64,000 nt of DNA, from positions 434,001-498,000 of the forward strand of contig JALMLS010000304.1 in the NCBI GenBank assembly GCA_038496445.1. The letters are read 5' to 3'. Both the position numbers and the translations under genes were made by a program. Position 1 is the stretch's first letter, and each line of letters opens with the position of its first letter. Origin of the DNA: Trichosphaerium sp. ATCC 40318. Taxonomy: Eukaryota; Protista; Tubulinea. Under the pieces are notes generated by a model that did not search any database, was not told where the DNA came from, and was given only the letters and a program-made list of their open reading frames with translations. Below, one piece after another: positions 62,094 through 64,000 of this stretch.

Positions 62094-62204
62094 GAGGAAT
62101 TTACAGAATGTGATGGCGGTAAAAGAATTTCACTTTATCAAATTTATTTTGATCAAAAAAAGTTGGTTGAGAATTAATCAAAAAAAGAACGAAATTTCGT
62201 TTTT

Positions 62205-64000
62205 TTAGTCATAGTCTTGGTCTTTTATAACTGTTCTCTTTTGCTTTTATTCTTTGTGTTTTTTACTCTTCTTCTACGAAGTAATCGCTAAAGACATCTT
62301 TTGCTCGTTTATCAACGGTATTTGATATAGCTTGAACATATTGTGAAAGAAATGGTGATGATGGGTAGTCTTGTTGTGGTTTAACTGTATAAAATTTTGT
62401 TGGTACTTTCTTGCCTTTTTTCTGTTTCTAAAAAATGTCGTTAGTGTTATTGCAACCTAAATTGAAACTTTTGTTCTTTTTTTTTTTTGCTTGATGTTGT
62501 CAACAATGTACTAACCTTTAACTCGTTCTTTTTCATCATTGATTCAAGAGGGTGTACTTTAGGTTCAAGAGCAGGAGGGTCAAGCTCTCTTCGGCCATTC
62601 TCCATGTCATATTTTTTCCATAGTGCTAAAGGTTCCATAACTTTATCAGTTGGTAGTAAATTCGGTAAATCCATAGCATCAACTATCAGAAAATCATTAG
62701 AACACGAAACGAAAAAGCAAAAAAAAAAAAAACCCAAAAAAATCGTACGCATGGCGCCTAATTCGGCAACAATCGGGTGATAATGTGTGTGTAATAATGT
62801 AAACTCCCATGTAGTAGATGCCATAGGATTACAATGTTCGGGCTCTAAAAAAAGCCGTAAATAAAATAAAAAACCAAGTGTACCAAAAAGAATGTGCTTA
62901 AACTTGTTTTTTAAGTGAAAGAAATTGCGAATCATCATGATCGCGCTAAATGATCAAATGTAACTACGCTGTATCATACCATTAGACTCGAATATATACA
63001 CACCAGCATTATTTGTCTCTATTTCGTGCAACTGTTCCAAGGTATTAAAACGCTACAGAGGAATTGTTAATAAAGCGTTTAATCAACCTTAATACTATGT
63101 ACGTACCATTAATAATCGTCTAACAACAGCGAGAAGTCCAATGCAAGCATGAGGAGGGAAATAAAAACATAGCATAATAACACGTTTCAAAAACGCAGCA
63201 GCGCGTACAATCGATAACTAGAGTACACATAAGACCTCTTTCGTTTTCCCAATTGAAATAACAAAAAATTCACGTACGTGTTTTACTTCTGTGAACATGA
63301 GTTTCAAGCACTGTAGTATCAAAGGTGCTGCTACTTGATGCATATCTGTTTTAGGAACAATATCAAAAAGCAAGCTGTAAAATCGCCTGTAGAACTCCCT
63401 CAAGTCGATGTTTAATGCACCGCCTGTTTACAATGTATGGTTAAAATGTACTACTGGATATTATAACTAAAAGGATACATACCTTGTAGCCTTATTACTT
63501 GAAATGCAGCCACCATACAATGCAAGCAACTGATTAGATTGAGTGAGTTTTCTTGTACTAGTCTACGTAGGACATCCATGAGGTTAATAAGCAAGGACAA
63601 GTTGATTAAATGAGAGAATCTACAGCGTGTTAGTGAATGAATGTGGAGTATCACCAATTAAAAAAATAGTACCTTGCTACACCAGCAAGTACAACTGGAA
63701 CAAGCTCTGAACTAGGTTTCTTCTTAAGAATGGAAAAATAAATGAGGAACACCTCTTTAAGTGTCTCAATTTCCTTAAATACAATGTAAGAAGACAACCA
63801 ACAAACCAATGTATTTGAAGATTTGTACGTACACGAACACGTGCTTCTTGTAAGCTTCTTTCAGCTTCCACTTTTTTTAAACCTTTTTGTAACTCCATCT
63901 CTTCTTTGGCAAACTAACATGGTTTTAATTTCAATGTCTCATAGCAAGCAAAACAAAAGAGTCGTACCAGTTTCTTCTTAGATGTCAAATGTCTTATTTT
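62205..64000 (-). CDS. NOC3: Nucleolar complex protein 3 (CBF/Mak21 domain), 3' part; continues beyond the window
   Basis: RFSHLINL, ALNIDLGEFYRRFY, RAAAFLKR, EPEHCNPMASTTWEFTLLHTHYHP. Confidence 0.88.

Overview
Eukaryotic nuclear DNA: AT-rich, very gene-dense and packed with short (mostly about 35-70 nt) spliceosomal introns, so the ORF track shows only exon fragments. Gene content (Roco kinase, ABP34-family actin bundler, CLU-domain fusion) best fits an amoebozoan, though this is inference. I reconstructed about 26 genes by eye: Roco LRR-ROC-COR-kinase-WD40/PH, AZUL-HECT E3, 2TM-repeat protein, NDUFAF3, PRDX5, ABP34-like, CLU-LRR, quinone oxidoreductase, RMD1/DUF155, M17 aminopeptidase, UBX, MBOAT, telobox-Myb, F-box-kinase, NUP93, SDR, RasGEF, NOC3 and several unknowns. 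No rRNA, tRNA, CRISPR or intact mobile element was seen. The standout is a one-intron gene at 8882-10873 encoding a signal-peptide-bearing protein of about 605 aa with a polymorphic-toxin-like layout ending in a bacterial-type RES (NAD+-consuming) toxin domain, a candidate eukaryotic secreted toxin of horizontal origin. Second is a probably mitochondrion-targeted Trp-rich helical-repeat protein with a C-terminal RAP/Vsr-like nuclease domain (35549-38421). Coordinates span whole genes including introns; exon boundaries are manual and approximate.
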